From: Antedon mediterranea
Lineage: Eukaryota; Animalia; Echinodermata
Assembly: GCF_964355755.1 (NCBI RefSeq)
Contig: NC_092672.1
Location: 1,984,001 to 2,048,000, forward strand
Direction: 5' to 3'
DNA length: 64,000 nucleotides
The position numbers were made by a program, and so were the translations under genes. Below, piece after piece: positions 27,601 to 40,624 of this stretch. The notes beneath the pieces are model-generated. The model was not told where the DNA came from. It made no database searches and saw only the letters and a program-made list of their open reading frames with translations. The first letter of the stretch is position 1; every line of letters starts with the position of its first letter.

Positions 27601-30600
27601 GCTGGCAGCCAATTGACTATTTTAGCCAATTGACTATTTTTATAGTCACTGCTGAGATGTTTGAGAGTGACCAGTCTTATTATATGCCTATTGTAAGAAC
27701 TAAACGGTCAACTAGGGTACATCAACGTGAGTAAATCACTGCTGAGATGTTTGAGAGTGACCAGTCTTATTATATGCCTATTGTAAGAACTAAACGGTCA
27801 ACTAGGGTACATCAACGTGAGAGTAAATCACTGCTGAGATGTTTGAGAGTGACCAGTCTTATTATATGCCTATTGTAAGAACTAAACGGTCAACTAGGGT
27901 ACATCAACGTGAGAGTAAATCACTACTGAGATGTTTGAGAGTGACCAGTCTTATTATATACCTAATTGTAAGAACTAAACGGTCAACTAGGGTACATCAA
28001 CGTGAGAATAAATCACTGCTGAGATGTTTGAGAGTGACCAGTCTTATTATATGCCTATTGTAAGAACTAAATGGTCAACTAGGGTACATCAACGTGAGAG
28101 TAAATCACTGCTGAGATGTTTGAGAGTGACCAGCCTTATTATATGCCTATTGTAAGAACTAAACGGTCAACTAGGGTACATCAACGTGAGAGTAAATCAC
28201 TGCTGAGATGTTTGAGAGTGACCAGTCTTATTATATGCCTATTGTAAGAACTAAACGGTCAACTATAGGGTACATCAATGTGAGTAAATCACTGCTGAGA
28301 TGTTTGAGAGTGACCAGTCTTATTATATGCCTATTGTAAGAACTAAACGGTCAACTAGGGTACATCAACGTGAGTAAATCACTGCTGAGATGTTTGAGAG
28401 TGACCAGCCTTATTATATGCCTATTGTAAGAACTAAACGGTCAACTAGGGTACATCAACGTGAGAGTAAATCACTGCTGAGATGTTTGAGAGTGACCAGT
28501 CTTATTATATGCCTATTGAAAGAACTAAACGGTCAACTAAGGTACATCAACGTGAGAGTAAATCACTGCTGAGATGTTTGAGGGTGACCAGTCTTATTAT
28601 ATGCCTATTGTAAGAACTAAACGGTCAACTAGGGTACATCAACGTGAGAGTAAATCACTGCTGAGATGTTTGAGAGTGACCAGTCTTATTATATGCCTAT
28701 TGTAAGAACTAAACGGTCAACTAGGGTACATCAACGTGAGAGTAAATCACTGCTGAGATGTTTGAGAGTGACCAGTCTTATTATATACCTATTGTAAGAA
28801 CTAAACGGTCAACTAGGGTACATCAACGTGAGAGTAAATCACTGCTGAGATGTTTGAGGGTGACCAGTCTTATTATATACCTATTGTAAGAACTAAACGG
28901 TCAACTAGGGTACATCAACGTGAGAGTAAATCACTGCCGAGATGTTTGAGAGTGACCAGTCTTATTATATGCCTATTGTAAGAACTAAACGGTCAACTAG
29001 GGTACATCAACGTGAGAGTAAATCACTGCTGAGATGTTTGAGAGTGACCAGTCTTATTATATGCCTATTGTAAGAACTAAACGGTCAACTAGGGTACATC
29101 AACGTGAGAGTAAATCACTGCTGAGATGTTTGAGAGTGACCAGTCTTACTATATGCCTATTGTAAGAACTAAACGGTCAACTAGGGTACATCAACGTGAG
29201 AGTAAATCACTGCTGAGATGTTTGAGAGTGACCAGTCTTATTATATGCCTATTGTAAAGACTTTTCTTTTTTTCTTTTTTTTTGGTTATCTTAGGTTATT
29301 TTATGGTTCATTTTGTTTTTGTGTAAAGCGCTTAGAAACATTCATTATGTGCGATATAAGACTACAGTCAACTCTCCCAATACCGGACTCTCCCAAAACC
29401 GGAATTCACGAAAAACCGGACTTTTTTGGAGGGCCCAATTTGTCCCTATTCTAAATGTACTGTAATTTATCATGAAAACCGGAATACCCAATTCCGGATT
29501 CCGGACAAATTATGAAGTACAAAACACGAAAATTAGCGTCTGAAAACCGGACTGACAGTTAAAAAACTCCAAATATTTACGAAAACAACGTAACATCGTC
29601 GTCGCTGACTCGGATTCAATACATTCACAATGTACAAAAGCTTTTAACCATACCCTCACCATGCATGAAGTGCGCGACGTTTCGCGGTACGATCAAATAA
29701 TGTTGCCATGGAGCACTACACTGTGATTGACAGGTCAGTTCATTGTTAACCCACGAGGCGGCAATTGCTTTGTTGCGTATCGAACTGCGGTGGGCTTTTT
29801 CACATCGAAGCGCTATGTCTTAATGTCTATTGTTTTTAGCAGGGAGTTGTTAACAACTCCCTGTTTTTTAGCATATGAATTGTTTTTTAATAAAGTTCAA
29901 TTTACATTCCACTTTGTGTCTTTGTTTTGTTTAAATTATTGTTAAATTCACAATTGCAATAGGACTTTAAAAAGGAATGTTTCACTAAAAATGTGCATCA
30001 TTATAAATTTGGAAATCATTATGGCAAAACGTAAACGGAATGAACTTAACTTAACTAGTGTTAATAAACTTTGAAATGTTACCAATTAATTATTGTGTCA
30101 TTATTGCTTGGCTCGTTTACCTAATCAATTTTCATCATTGCTATCAAATTACGTCAAAATAAAGGAGCTTAAAAAACATGTGGTCTAGGTGTGGGCGTTT
30201 TTATTTGATTATGACACCTCTGCACATGCGCATCAATCAAAGCCCTTCACCCATGCTGCTGCTGCTAGCTAGCTCACGAAAAACAATAAACAGACCGAAA
30301 TTATGTTCACCGTACGTACGTACGTAGGCCTTTTTGCCGTTAAAAACACATTGAGAAACAATAATTTACTATTGTAATGTTTTATTGGTACAGTAAATAA
30401 TGTAACTTTTAAAAAAGGTAAATTGAATTACTGTAGCTTAATATTAATAAAGTAGGCCTAGCCTAGGCCTATCAGTATTTATTTAATTAAAACTAGATTG
30501 ACACAATCATAGCCTAGCCTAGGCCTTCCCTACGCTAGGAGACCGTACTGGGCAGCATTCGGACCGGTGATTCAAAGCATTTTCAGTGACAACGTGATGA

Positions 30601-33600
30601 CTTAAAAAATATGTTTTCAGGAAACCGGACTTTCGAAAAACCGGAAAATATATGCCCGCCCAAGGGTGTCCGGTATTGGGAGAGTTGACTGTACCATTAT
30701 TATTATCAAACGGTCAACTTTTTTATAATTATTATTTTTAATCAAATGGTCAACTTGGCAATAGACAAGTGATGCAAACAGGGTAGATTATTCCTCATCC
30801 TTTGGGTTTTTCCAAAAGTGTGGCGCAAAAATGTAATATAAAACTGACTTACTTGTGCGTTTCGTTTTGACATGTACCAGACGGTGTTTAGTACGCTGCT
30901 TACCCGTAGAACGATCAAAATCAGAAATGAAGCGCTGAACATGTTACGTAGGAACTGAACAGCTTGTGTCGCTTTGTCTAGAAAAGAAAACAAACAATAT
31001 TTATGATTTATATCTATAGCCACTGTAAATATTAATAACTAAACATTCATTCAACAAAAATTCAAGCCAGAAGCAGTTAAGACAGTAGAACGGTATTATG
31101 TAACATAACATAGGCAACGGTTCAAGGCTTACTCGCTCCATGGTTCTGGTGGTAGAACAAGTTTACTCGGATAAGGAATATAAACCGTAGGTCCAGTGTA
31201 ACATAAAATAATAAATAGCTCATCTTTCAAGACGAGTAGAGGGTCACTGCAGTGCCACTGTCACACACAACCATCCATCATGGGAGACCCGACTTTGACT
31301 GAAGAGGTCACCCAGTATAAAGAAATAATAATAGAAAAATAAAAAAGCTGTGTGAAATATCGTCCCCTAAAGCGTGGTTCCCACTAGCGACGCAACGCAA
31401 GAACGTAACGCAACGCAAGTGAATTGACCAATCACAAGCGATGGCTTATTCGCTTTTGATTGCTAACTGTCTATAACTTCGCTTGTCATTGGTTAAAACG
31501 CTTGTGTTGCGTTTACGTCCTTGCGTTACGTTCTAGTGGGAACCAAGCTTAAACATATGGATGAAATAAATCGACATACTCACAAATCTGTTTTGTTAAA
31601 ATAGTGTAAAAGACTTGAATGAAAGAATCTTCTTCTGTTGCTGTCCTGAACAAAAGAAAAATTAGAACTGAAATCAGGAAAAAAGAAAGCACCTTCACTC
31701 GCCTTAAGTTTACATGTAGCATTGATTTGGTGCTATATCTCCTGTCCCTCATAACCTCCTTTATTATAATCTTTAGCTGCAAATACTAGGCCCTGTATCG
31801 AGTTGTTTAAACATACCTCGCCCCTCATAACCCCTAGCTGAAGATACTATTAGGCCCTAAGCTTGCAACAACATTAGTTTGGTCAGAATATTTACCCATA
31901 CATCACTTGACCCATATCCAACCAGTGTACTATTAATAATAGACTTATATAGTGCATATAATTCAAATTTATTAACATTCACCTTAACATCAAGGTATGG
32001 TTAACAACAACATTTACAAAAATAAACTAAGCAAGCCCTTAATGCGCTGCACATTATTACACCAGTCATTTTTTTGGATCAAACAGGTATGGAAACATAC
32101 TCCTATAATAATGCAGCTGGTGGTAATCAGCGCAAAGTTGTGACTTGATCTAACCCGTGTAGATGGCTAGGCCCTCTAGCTTACCTGTACCATTGGTTTG
32201 GTTCTATAACTGGATGTTTTACTACCTGCATCTCTTGTCTCATAACCCACATAGCAAGGCACATAGCTAATGTAATAACTGCAGCATCAGATATCACTCC
32301 TGGAAATACAAAAAAAGATCAACCAATTTTGTCAATTTAATGTCTGGTGGTAGCAACAGTGTCGATTATAAAAAGGACCTTTTCTTAGACAACAATTTAT
32401 AACATACAGGAAAGATATAACGTTGACCCCATTGTTGAGGACATTAAGTAGACTCCATCAACAGCAAAGTGAGAGAGCATCAGCATTTAAGAGTCGGTCC
32501 TCTCTGGCTACAGGTATATCTTTAATCACCTTCAGTTATAATAAGCCCATAACCACATTTGGACAAATCTTTCTTGAAAAATCATCCATGTGGGGTAATT
32601 TGTCAAACCTAAATTTCATGTTTAAAGCTCTTGTCTACACTATCAAACTTTAAATGACAAAATGTGATGTGCCCATAGATGGACAAGATGATGTCATATC
32701 ACTACCATATTTGATCATATCACTACCATATTTGATCATCACTACCATATTTCGGCACATCACACTTTGTTTGTTGAACTAGTTTGATAGTGTAGACAGA
32801 GCTTGAGGGCAGTATTCAAATCATTAAGATACAGGTGACCTACATTAATAATAGACATTCTAGCACATCATTTTATGGACATTGGAAATAGTTCAGTAGA
32901 TTGAACTCATAGATATTGTGTGTTATGAGGTGTAATTACTGCATTGGCTTAATTCAGTCTATTAACAGATAAAGTAATCCATTAGATGATGAGTGGGAGG
33001 TATTTATGTAGGCCCTATACTTTATTTACTGCACAATTCATTAAGAGGCTCTGTGAACAACTCTAAACACCACCGATTCTCACGTTTTATTTTCACGTAT
33101 GAGAGTATCATAGGCAAATTCCATAACACAGCATCCCATGTATCAATGTGGTGTCTGTATCATGAAAGGTTAGGTTAGGCTCTACACAATGAGATGCTGT
33201 ATTACAGATTTTTCTATAATACTGGACAAATTTAGATACAGTATCAAGAATAGGATCACCATCTTAACTCTGTCTATACTATCAAAATGTAAAGTTACAA
33301 AAAGGTGATGTTCCCATATATGGACACAATGATGTCATCACTACCATATTTGGGCACATCACTACCATATTTTAGCACATCACATTTTGTTTTTAAACTA
33401 GTTTGATAATGTAGACAGAGCTTTATAAGATCTCTAACCTAAAAACAAGCACAATAAAAACAATGTTTTTTTGTAACTACAACCACATAATTTGAAATAT
33501 TATATTTTTGCATTGATTTTTGTACAGAAAATAAAACATGGCAGTCGTCTTTACCTTCTTCAGTCAACAACGTAGCAACCAGAATAATAATAGCCAGTAA

Positions 33601-35051
33601 AATCAATACACAAAGAAGCCTATAAAAATAATACAATAAATTAATTAAATATAAAATATGCATTGGCTTATTTCATAATTATAATGCAGAATTCATTAGC
33701 TATGATGAGTGGGAGGTATTGTAATGTCTATGTAGGTAATACTTCATTGTTGGATCATCCAATATTGCAGTGGAGAGGGTTGACCTGGAACAAACCACAA
33801 TACACTGTAAACCAGTAACAACTTAAGATTGAATGTCTACACTATAAAACTTTATGTGAAAACAATACATGCCCATATAATGGACATGATGATGTCATAT
33901 CACTACCATATTTTTTTGGGGGTCAAACTGGTTTGGTAGTGTAGACAGAGCTTAATAATAATTACTAATATATTTATTTCCTCCAAAATATATACTGTAA
34001 TTACAAAAACAACACAGAGGATCGGAGGGGTGTATAGTGCCAAGATCTCACATGCCAGTCTAATTCATTATATAATAATATATGAAACCTCTAAAGGCTG
34101 TACATATTATTACTCGGTCATTTTTTGATCAAACACATGGAAACATACTTCCATAACGCAGCTACTATCAGCGCAAAGTTGTGTCTTGACCTTACCAGGT
34201 GCCTATTTGTACACCTGGTTGAGAGAGGGTACATAGTAACTTTCTATTGCAGGTGCAAATTGCTTAATATTGATTGAAATGCTCTTTAAACATTTTTTTT
34301 TGAACATTTTATTACGATATTATCCTCACCCTTTTTCTGTTGCTGATCCAGTTGAAAAAAGAAAACTGATTATGTGCAGAGAGAGCAGGTAACACAATCC
34401 GCTGCCACCAAGTATAGCTGACTAAAATGACAATGATGATGAGAATAAGAATATCAATAGATTGGAACAAACTGTCTTTCTACTCATAATAATGTGCCAA
34501 TCAACATGGGTCATGGATCAAATCCTAGTGAAGTTTGTAATGCTATAAACACAGAGGTAATGTAGTCTGCTGGCAGTTATGTAATAAAAACCTCTTTTGA
34601 TGCTGCACATCATTTCTTGTGTGCGAATAACATAAGCCCCTGGGGCTAATGAGGAGTACTCTAGCTTAAAGGGTTAAAGCAAGATCAACCAATGAAAAGA
34701 AAGGAAGTTAGAGTTGTGTAAAATAGAAGAGCAACTTTTTTTAAAAAGATGACATGGCAAGTTGTAAGGAAGGAAATCCTATGAATTAGATTGGAAAATT
34801 ATGTGCTAGATTGGATAATAGATAATAAACTTCTCCTTCATGTTCTTATATGGAAACTTCAGACATACGGCCATCGTGCATTTTCCTGTGCAGCACCCAT
34901 TTTGTGGAAAATGCCAATCGACATAAAGACATCTGAAAACATAAACACTTTCAAAACATGACTAAAAACCCATTTTTACACAGAGGCATTTCCTGCTTAA
35001 CTTTGTCAAGCGCCTTTGAACATTATTATGGATACTGGCGCTATATAAATC

Positions 35052-35086
<35 letters not shown>

Positions 35087-35927
35087 GGCGGAATAGCACA
35101 TGCGTGACAGTAAATTATAATGATTAAACTTTTGTTTTATACATTTGATACCTTTGTAAAGATAGGCTGATATTCTATATACTCAACAAGTCTTTGACTA
35201 AGACTAGTCGTGACTCGCACAATCTGCACGGCCTCTAGGGTCAGCAGCGCTGGTTCGGACAGCCATATTAGCTTGTCGTAAAGCCACACGACAACAAACG
35301 GCACCAGGTTGATTGGAAGTGAAATCAGCAAGAAAAAAAAGGCCGACTTGAGAAATGGCATAAATGGCACCTGAAAGTAAACAATTTATTATACAGGTAG
35401 TACAAAAATAATTCAATGAAATAAGTTTAAATAGATAATTGTTTGATAAGCAAGCCTTTAATTTAAATTTAATATACTTTCTATTTAGTAGATCTGGACC
35501 AACTTAAGCTAGCTAGGGCACTATTACAGAAAACCCCTAGTTGTGAGAGATTGTTGGGCAACTAGCCTAGGCCACTCTCTAGTCTCTATAGCTCTACGTA
35601 CTAGCTAGGCCTAGGCCTATATAGATAGATAGGCCTAGCTTTTTTAAACAAAACAATGTTTTTCAGTACTTTCTTTCTGTTTAGGTTATGCCATTTTTTT
35701 TTATCCCAATCAATATATATTTATGGTTGAAATATGAACGCACAGAACTGTCTATTTACCAATATCTCGGGAAGAATTGCCCCGCAAATGACATTATTAA
35801 TGATGAGCAGTAGCGAGAAACGAAGAACAGCTTCAGGGCCACGAAACGACCCAAATACTGGAAGAGAGATTATCCAAAAAAACGGGGATAGCGCCACACA
35901 ATCTGTCCCCGACAGCGGTAAACACAT
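24617..35927 (-). CDS. Multi-pass membrane protein, ICE2-like (Ice2/SERINC superfamily), 373 aa, 8 exons
   Basis: Exons 35927-35760, 35370-35152, 34421-34330, 33619-33555, 32299-32185, 31645-31584, 30977-30853 and 24892-24617 are all GT-AG and phase-consistent (1122 nt), with many hydrophobic helices. Motifs are collinear with yeast Ice2 as recalled: IISLPVFGSFRGPEAVLRFSL, LIWLSEPALLTLEA, EEGVISDAAV, SASFLILIVLRV, IFVYTQLV. Confidence 0.8.
25898..26001. mobile_element. MITE family A (Harbinger/Tourist-like), representative copy
   Basis: TIR AGCTCTGTCTACACTATCAAACT with TAA TSD and internal ~20-bp repeats. About 18 full or partial copies: ~4276, 9236, 10616, 18745, 19021, 19204, 19476, 19875, 24931, 25090, 26057, 32627, 33267, 33835, 36942, 56324 and 59663. 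Confidence 0.85.
27646..29257. repeat. 92-bp minisatellite, ~17.5 copies, in ICE2-like intron 7
   Basis: Unit TCACTGCTGAGATGTTTGAGAGTGACCAGTCTTATTATATGCCTATTGTAAGAACTAAACGGTCAACTAGGGTACATCAACGTGAGAGTAAA; copies nearly identical. Confidence 0.97.
29365..30691 (+). mobile_element. pogo/Tigger-like (Tc1/mariner) internal deletion derivative
   Basis: 24-bp TIR CAGTCAACTCTCCCAATACCGGAC / GTCCGGTATTGGGAGAGTTGACTG, TA TSD, subterminal AAACCGGA repeats, and a remnant ATG GCA AAA CGT AAA CGG AAT GAA CTT (MAKRKRNELNL) at 30021. Confidence 0.85.
31070..31320 (+). mobile_element. Deu/Nin-domain SINE copy (degenerate)
   Basis: Shares ccatggttctggtggtagaac, cggataagga.tataaaccgtaggtccagtgta and the ctttgactgaagagg tail. 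Confidence 0.75.
31371..31549. mobile_element. MITE family B (Harbinger-like), representative copy
   Basis: TIR AGC(G/T)TGGTTCCCACTAG..CG.AACGCAAG with TAA TSD; largely palindromic. Other copies at ~20365-20528, 20538-20716, 21314-21505, 22555-22662, 23660-23812 and 62244-62422. Confidence 0.85.
32627..32803. mobile_element. MITE family A copy with three internal repeats
   Basis: Both TIRs plus three catcactaccatattt units. Confidence 0.8.
34830..35086 (+). mobile_element. L2-clade LINE 3' fragment with (GATT)n tail
   Basis: Translates approximately as TYGHRAFSCAAPILW...INTFKTxLKTHFYTEAF, a typical L2 ORF2 C-terminus. It is followed by aagcgcctttga...gcgctatataaat and the microsatellite tail. 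Confidence 0.75.
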
Positions 35928-36293
35928 TGCTTGTTGTTCGCATCACAAATTGATTAACGTATATATCATGTCGTGTCAAACGCAATAAAGGTCTTAATGT
36001 GATAATAAAAGTACTGAAATACCCACTTTCCTTCAAATTTCCCGGAATGAGTTAATTGATGTAGGACCAGAATTCCCTTTTCTCGCGCGGTGTACATTCC
36101 TTCCCATCATACATTTCTTTGTTGACAAAATGTTCAACTTCTTCCGGGGTTAAGTTATTAAAAACACATCGAGTCATAACAATCAGAAGAAAGAACTGCA
36201 TGTGCTAGAGAGAGATGCTCTATTATACCTCTCTGTTTGATTTATTTTGGTTAAATCATTACCTAAATTGAAATTGTTGCCACTTCGAAGGAA
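35928..36293. promoter_or_regulatory. Putative bidirectional promoter (ICE2-like / TRMT44)
   Basis: Divergent start codons are only ~366 bp apart. The gap has ETS-like CCGGAA/CTTCCGG sites (~36042, ~36141) and an E2F-like TTTCTCGCGC (~36079). Confidence 0.55.
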
Positions 36294-39200
36294 ATGTTAA
36301 AGATGAATTTAAATTTGTTTGATTTCAAATGGAATTTAATCGAAACAAATAATAGTTGTTCTTGTAGTTTTAATGACTTTTGTAAAGCTGTGGATGTGTG
36401 GCTCATGAAACCTCATGTTTTGAATAGACGAATCTGTACATCTCAAATGTTATGGAGAAAAGAGATTCCAAACACGAAATTATTAACATTTCTAGAAGGC
36501 TGTATAAATTCTGATGCAGAATGTACAGCGGTACAAGACAATTCTAGCAATGACAGTAAATGTGTTGAATGTTGTCTCCGCAAACTTTTACCACGTAACA
36601 GAAGAAATGAAACTGTCAATGAAATTATTGTTATTGGTATGAACAAATTGCTAAATGTTGTCATGGTGATCAAAATGAAATTACTTTATTTAAAGTTATT
36701 TTCACACAAGAATAAGATACTACTTTTTACAATTATTCCAATAACTTTCAATTTTTTTTCAGATAATTCATCAGCAACTGTTATATTTATTCCTCTGGAA
36801 AACCCGAGTGCGTCAATACCATCTTTGGGTTGCGAGAATCTAATAAACAATACAGGTTACAAGATAGAGTTTAACGAAAGTGATCATAGGTATTAAAAAG
36901 ACCTTATACAATAACATACAATTTTAAAAATATATTTACCGGCTTATCTACACTATCAAACTTTGTGACAAAAAAATGCCCATAATGGACATGATGATGT
37001 CATATCAATACCATATTTGGGCACATCACACTTTTTTTTGTCAAACTAGTTTGATAGTGTAGACAGAGCTTTATGCTATACCCAATTTTTTTTAAACCCA
37101 TTTTTGGTTGGTTTTTTTCATAACAAAATCAAAGGTACTTAAATTATGATGATGATGACAGTGTGATCAGAATTTTTGAAAAAATAATAACTAAATTATG
37201 ATAAAATAAAACATTTTATTTTTAGCCTGAAATTGTTCGTTGGACAAGACTATAGCATCTCCGCCACAAGTAGTTTTGCACGACCTTCTATACCGTGGTT
37301 GAAAAATCAACTGTTGCCAAAATTGATAAAGTGGGCCACCGAAAACAATGAAGATTCTGGCAACCAATTTACATCCTTAGTTGCTATGGACAAATACAGC
37401 AAGTTGTACGCCGAACTGAAGCAAAAATATGGTGCCAAGTTTGTAAAGGTAAATTTATTTCTACGATGGATGAACTATTTGTTGTGCGAGTTAAATTAAT
37501 TAAAATCTTTTACAACTTGGAGAGTTAATAAACTTATAAAAGTGTGGCACTCTTTTCCTTTCAAGTATGTTTTCGTAAAAGTTCATAAATTTCTACTTCT
37601 ATTCTTAATATTTAATTTTCGTTTGGTCTTTAAGCTGTGGACAGAGGTGACTGATCCCCAAAAATTTGTTTATGAAGATGTTGCCATAGCAGCATACATC
37701 CTCACGTTGTGGCGGCAGGAAACGGACGAGCTAGGGTTAACGACCCCACAGTCTTTCATTGATCTTGGATGCGGTAATGGATTATTAGTTCATATTCTGA
37801 CTTGCGAAGGAGTAAGTGTACAGAGGTACATAGTAATATATCTGATAAATAAAAGACAACAGCATCCAACTAAAAATGTTAGTTATAGAAGCTGAGCCTA
37901 AACAGCGTATGCTGACAATCTTGATAAGTTATGATAAGTGTTTGTGTGTATACTAGTACACCGGGGTAACCCCTACTCATCTCGAAAGATGTACTAGGTG
38001 TTCATGAGCCAGATGTGTACACTGGACCTATGGTTTATAGTCTTTTTCCGAGAAGACTCGTTCTACCACAAGAACCATGGAGCGAGTAAGGCTCGAATCC
38101 TTACAAAGGTATTACGGTTCTTCTGTCTTAACCGCTTGGCCACTCACTCGCTAAAACAGTACATAACCTACACCCCTGGAATCTCAATGTGACCAACCAC
38201 CAAGCTAACATTTACTCATACTAGTAGTAAATTCATACATCTACAGTAATGACTTTGATTTGTAAAAGATTTCTTAATTTTTAAATTCTGTTTTTTTTAG
38301 CATCGTGGAAAAGGAGTTGATTTACGCAAAAGGAAAATATGGGATCTGTATGGAGAAGAAACTTGTTTAGAAGAATCTGCTATCACTCCATCAGACAGTA
38401 ATCTATTCCCAGAATATGATTGGCTAATTGGTAACCATTCAGATGAGCTGACTCCATGGATACCAGTTATTGCTTCCAGGTCAGGTCAAGAGAAATTCTA
38501 AAGCTCTTTATTCATTCCTCACTGTGAGTGTGAGAAAAATATCTCAAAATGTAACATTCAGCAATAAATCAAAATAACTGCTGTATTTTGTCATTTATTT
38601 TGTAGGTCATCTTTCAACACTAGATACTTTGTTCTACCGTGCTGTTTTCACGATTTTAATCGCAAGTTTGCACGCGTTAACTCAAACCAAGGGCAGTACA
38701 GAGCGTATCTAGATTTTGTGTTTGAGATCGGCCAAATATGCGGTTTTACAGTTCTTGAAGACAGGCTGCGAATCCCATCAACTAAAAGGGTTTGTTTAAA
38801 AATGTTGAAAAAATTAAAATAGCTAAACTATGAATGATTATGATTGTAGAAAAAGACAGTCAGATTGTCATTAGCAAAATAAAAACAAATCATCTCAAAC
38901 AACAAGATCAACAAATTAAATACCAATAAATCATCAAGAAACACTTTTTTAAAGGAATCAATTTTTGGAGGTGGAGTTTTCAGAAAAATGATCATCATAA
39001 CACAGCACAATAGTGTCTGCTTTTAGGATAGTTGTTTACTATTCTACTTCATACTATATAGATTCATTCTTTCTTAGATATGCCATGTTGGAAAAACCCG
39101 TACATACAAACAAGAAGAACAAAAGAAAATTGATTCAAAGATAAAAGAACTTATTGAAAAAAGGTCATCCACAAAGAAAACTGATTATTCAAATAATATG

Positions 39201-40376
39201 CAAGTTATTTGTGAATCAGAGTCGAGTGATTCATATAGGATAAAGAGAGAACTGGACGAGACGCAAAACGTTAGTTGCCAAAAGATACAACGTATCGATC
39301 AACATGATAAAACAACTTGTGGTGACGATTCAAAGAATTGGGTTCAGGGTTTCACAGCACGGGAAAAGGTAGAACGTGTTAGAAACTGTGCTACAGTCTG
39401 TCGAGATCTCAGACAAGAAATAGTCAATAAAGTTGCCTTAAAGTTACTTGAAGAGGGTGGAGTGCAGCTAAGAAGTGATACTCTAGTGAAAGATACCAGT
39501 CTTACTGACAATGATAGTCTTGATGACACTCCAGCAAGTGCCACTCCTGCGACTGACACTCACAGTTTTGAAGATGACACTCAAACTGTTGTAAAAGAAT
39601 GGAGGAGAGGAGGTACAAATAATCATAATTTGGAATAAATACACTACCATAATTTACTTGCAATTACTAGAGAATATTGCGAACTCTCTCCCAAAACCAG
39701 CATTTTTGTAACGGTCCAAATGTCCAAATTCTTTCCTACTATTCAAAATAAAATCAGACTCTGGGAAACCAGGAAATTGTCAAAAGATGATCAATGCAAT
39801 TGAGGCTTAGAATAAATTAACAAATTCTAATAAAATGTTTCTTCAAATACGATCATGGATATTGTTCATGAAGTTCAGACTCTCTTTAAAATGCCTTGAC
39901 ATTTGAAGGTATTTTTTGTTCTTCCTTAGGTGAACTCTATCTATCGGCAGTCGCGAGTTTTCTTGGCTCTGATACTTTGAAGAAACTAAAGCAAGAATGT
40001 GGGGGTTTGAAAACTCTCTTGAAAAATGCTAACCAAGTTTTTGAAGGTCAGTTTGAATTATTTTCCATAATGTAAATAATTAAAACAAGTATTATTTAAG
40101 AAAGTGGCCATGCTGTTACTTTCTACATTTAAACTGTTTTTGCATTACTTTTCAGTTTCTGGCAATACTGTTAAAATCCGTGATTGGGCAAACCGTGAAA
40201 ATGAACCTGGCAAAGCACATGCATCTCTCAAGAATATACAAGATAAGGAATTATTATTTAAAACGAAACATTGCTGGTTTCATAGCAACCATCCAGATGG
40301 ATGCCCGCGTAAAGATCACACCTGCCCATTTGCTCATGGTGATAATGATTTAAGGGAAAGGGCTACTTTTAAGTAA
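36294..40376 (+). CDS. TRMT44: tRNA (uracil-O(2)-)-methyltransferase Trm44, 9 exons
   Basis: Exons 36294-36636, 36763-36889, 37226-37448, 37635-37811, 38301-38479, 38606-38789, 39078-39612, 39930-40046 and 40156-40376. Motifs: TDPQKFVYEDVAIAAY, SAM-binding FIDLGCGNGLL, IGNHSDELTPWIP, FVLPCCFHDF, LRIPSTKR, and a C-terminal CCCH finger CWFHSNHPDGCPRKDHTCPFAHG. Confidence 0.95.
37945..38150 (-). mobile_element. Deu/Nin-domain SINE copy in TRMT44 intron 4
   Basis: Reverse complement match to the same family. Confidence 0.75.
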
Positions 40377-40624
40377 TTTAAAAGAAACAATCCAATTGTG
40401 TTCATGTTAATGAATGTTAATTTATATACCGAATTCCACAAACAATGTCGTCTCAATATGCTGAATTTTGTGGAAAATGTTCATTTCTTAATTGGTTTTT
40501 AAATAAAGAAAAAAAACAGAAAAACGGTTGTCTTTGAATCAGCATTTAATTTTTGGATATATGATTGATATACAATTATTTATGTGAATTTCTAGTAAAA
40601 TGATTTAAATATTAATGTGCTCTT

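Noticed and set aside
27646-29257. 92-bp repeat as CRISPR array, hammerhead retrozyme or coding repeat
   Set aside because: The units are identical with no spacers. There is no CUGANGA plus GAAA core in the right stems. The 92-nt period shifts frame and introduces stops.
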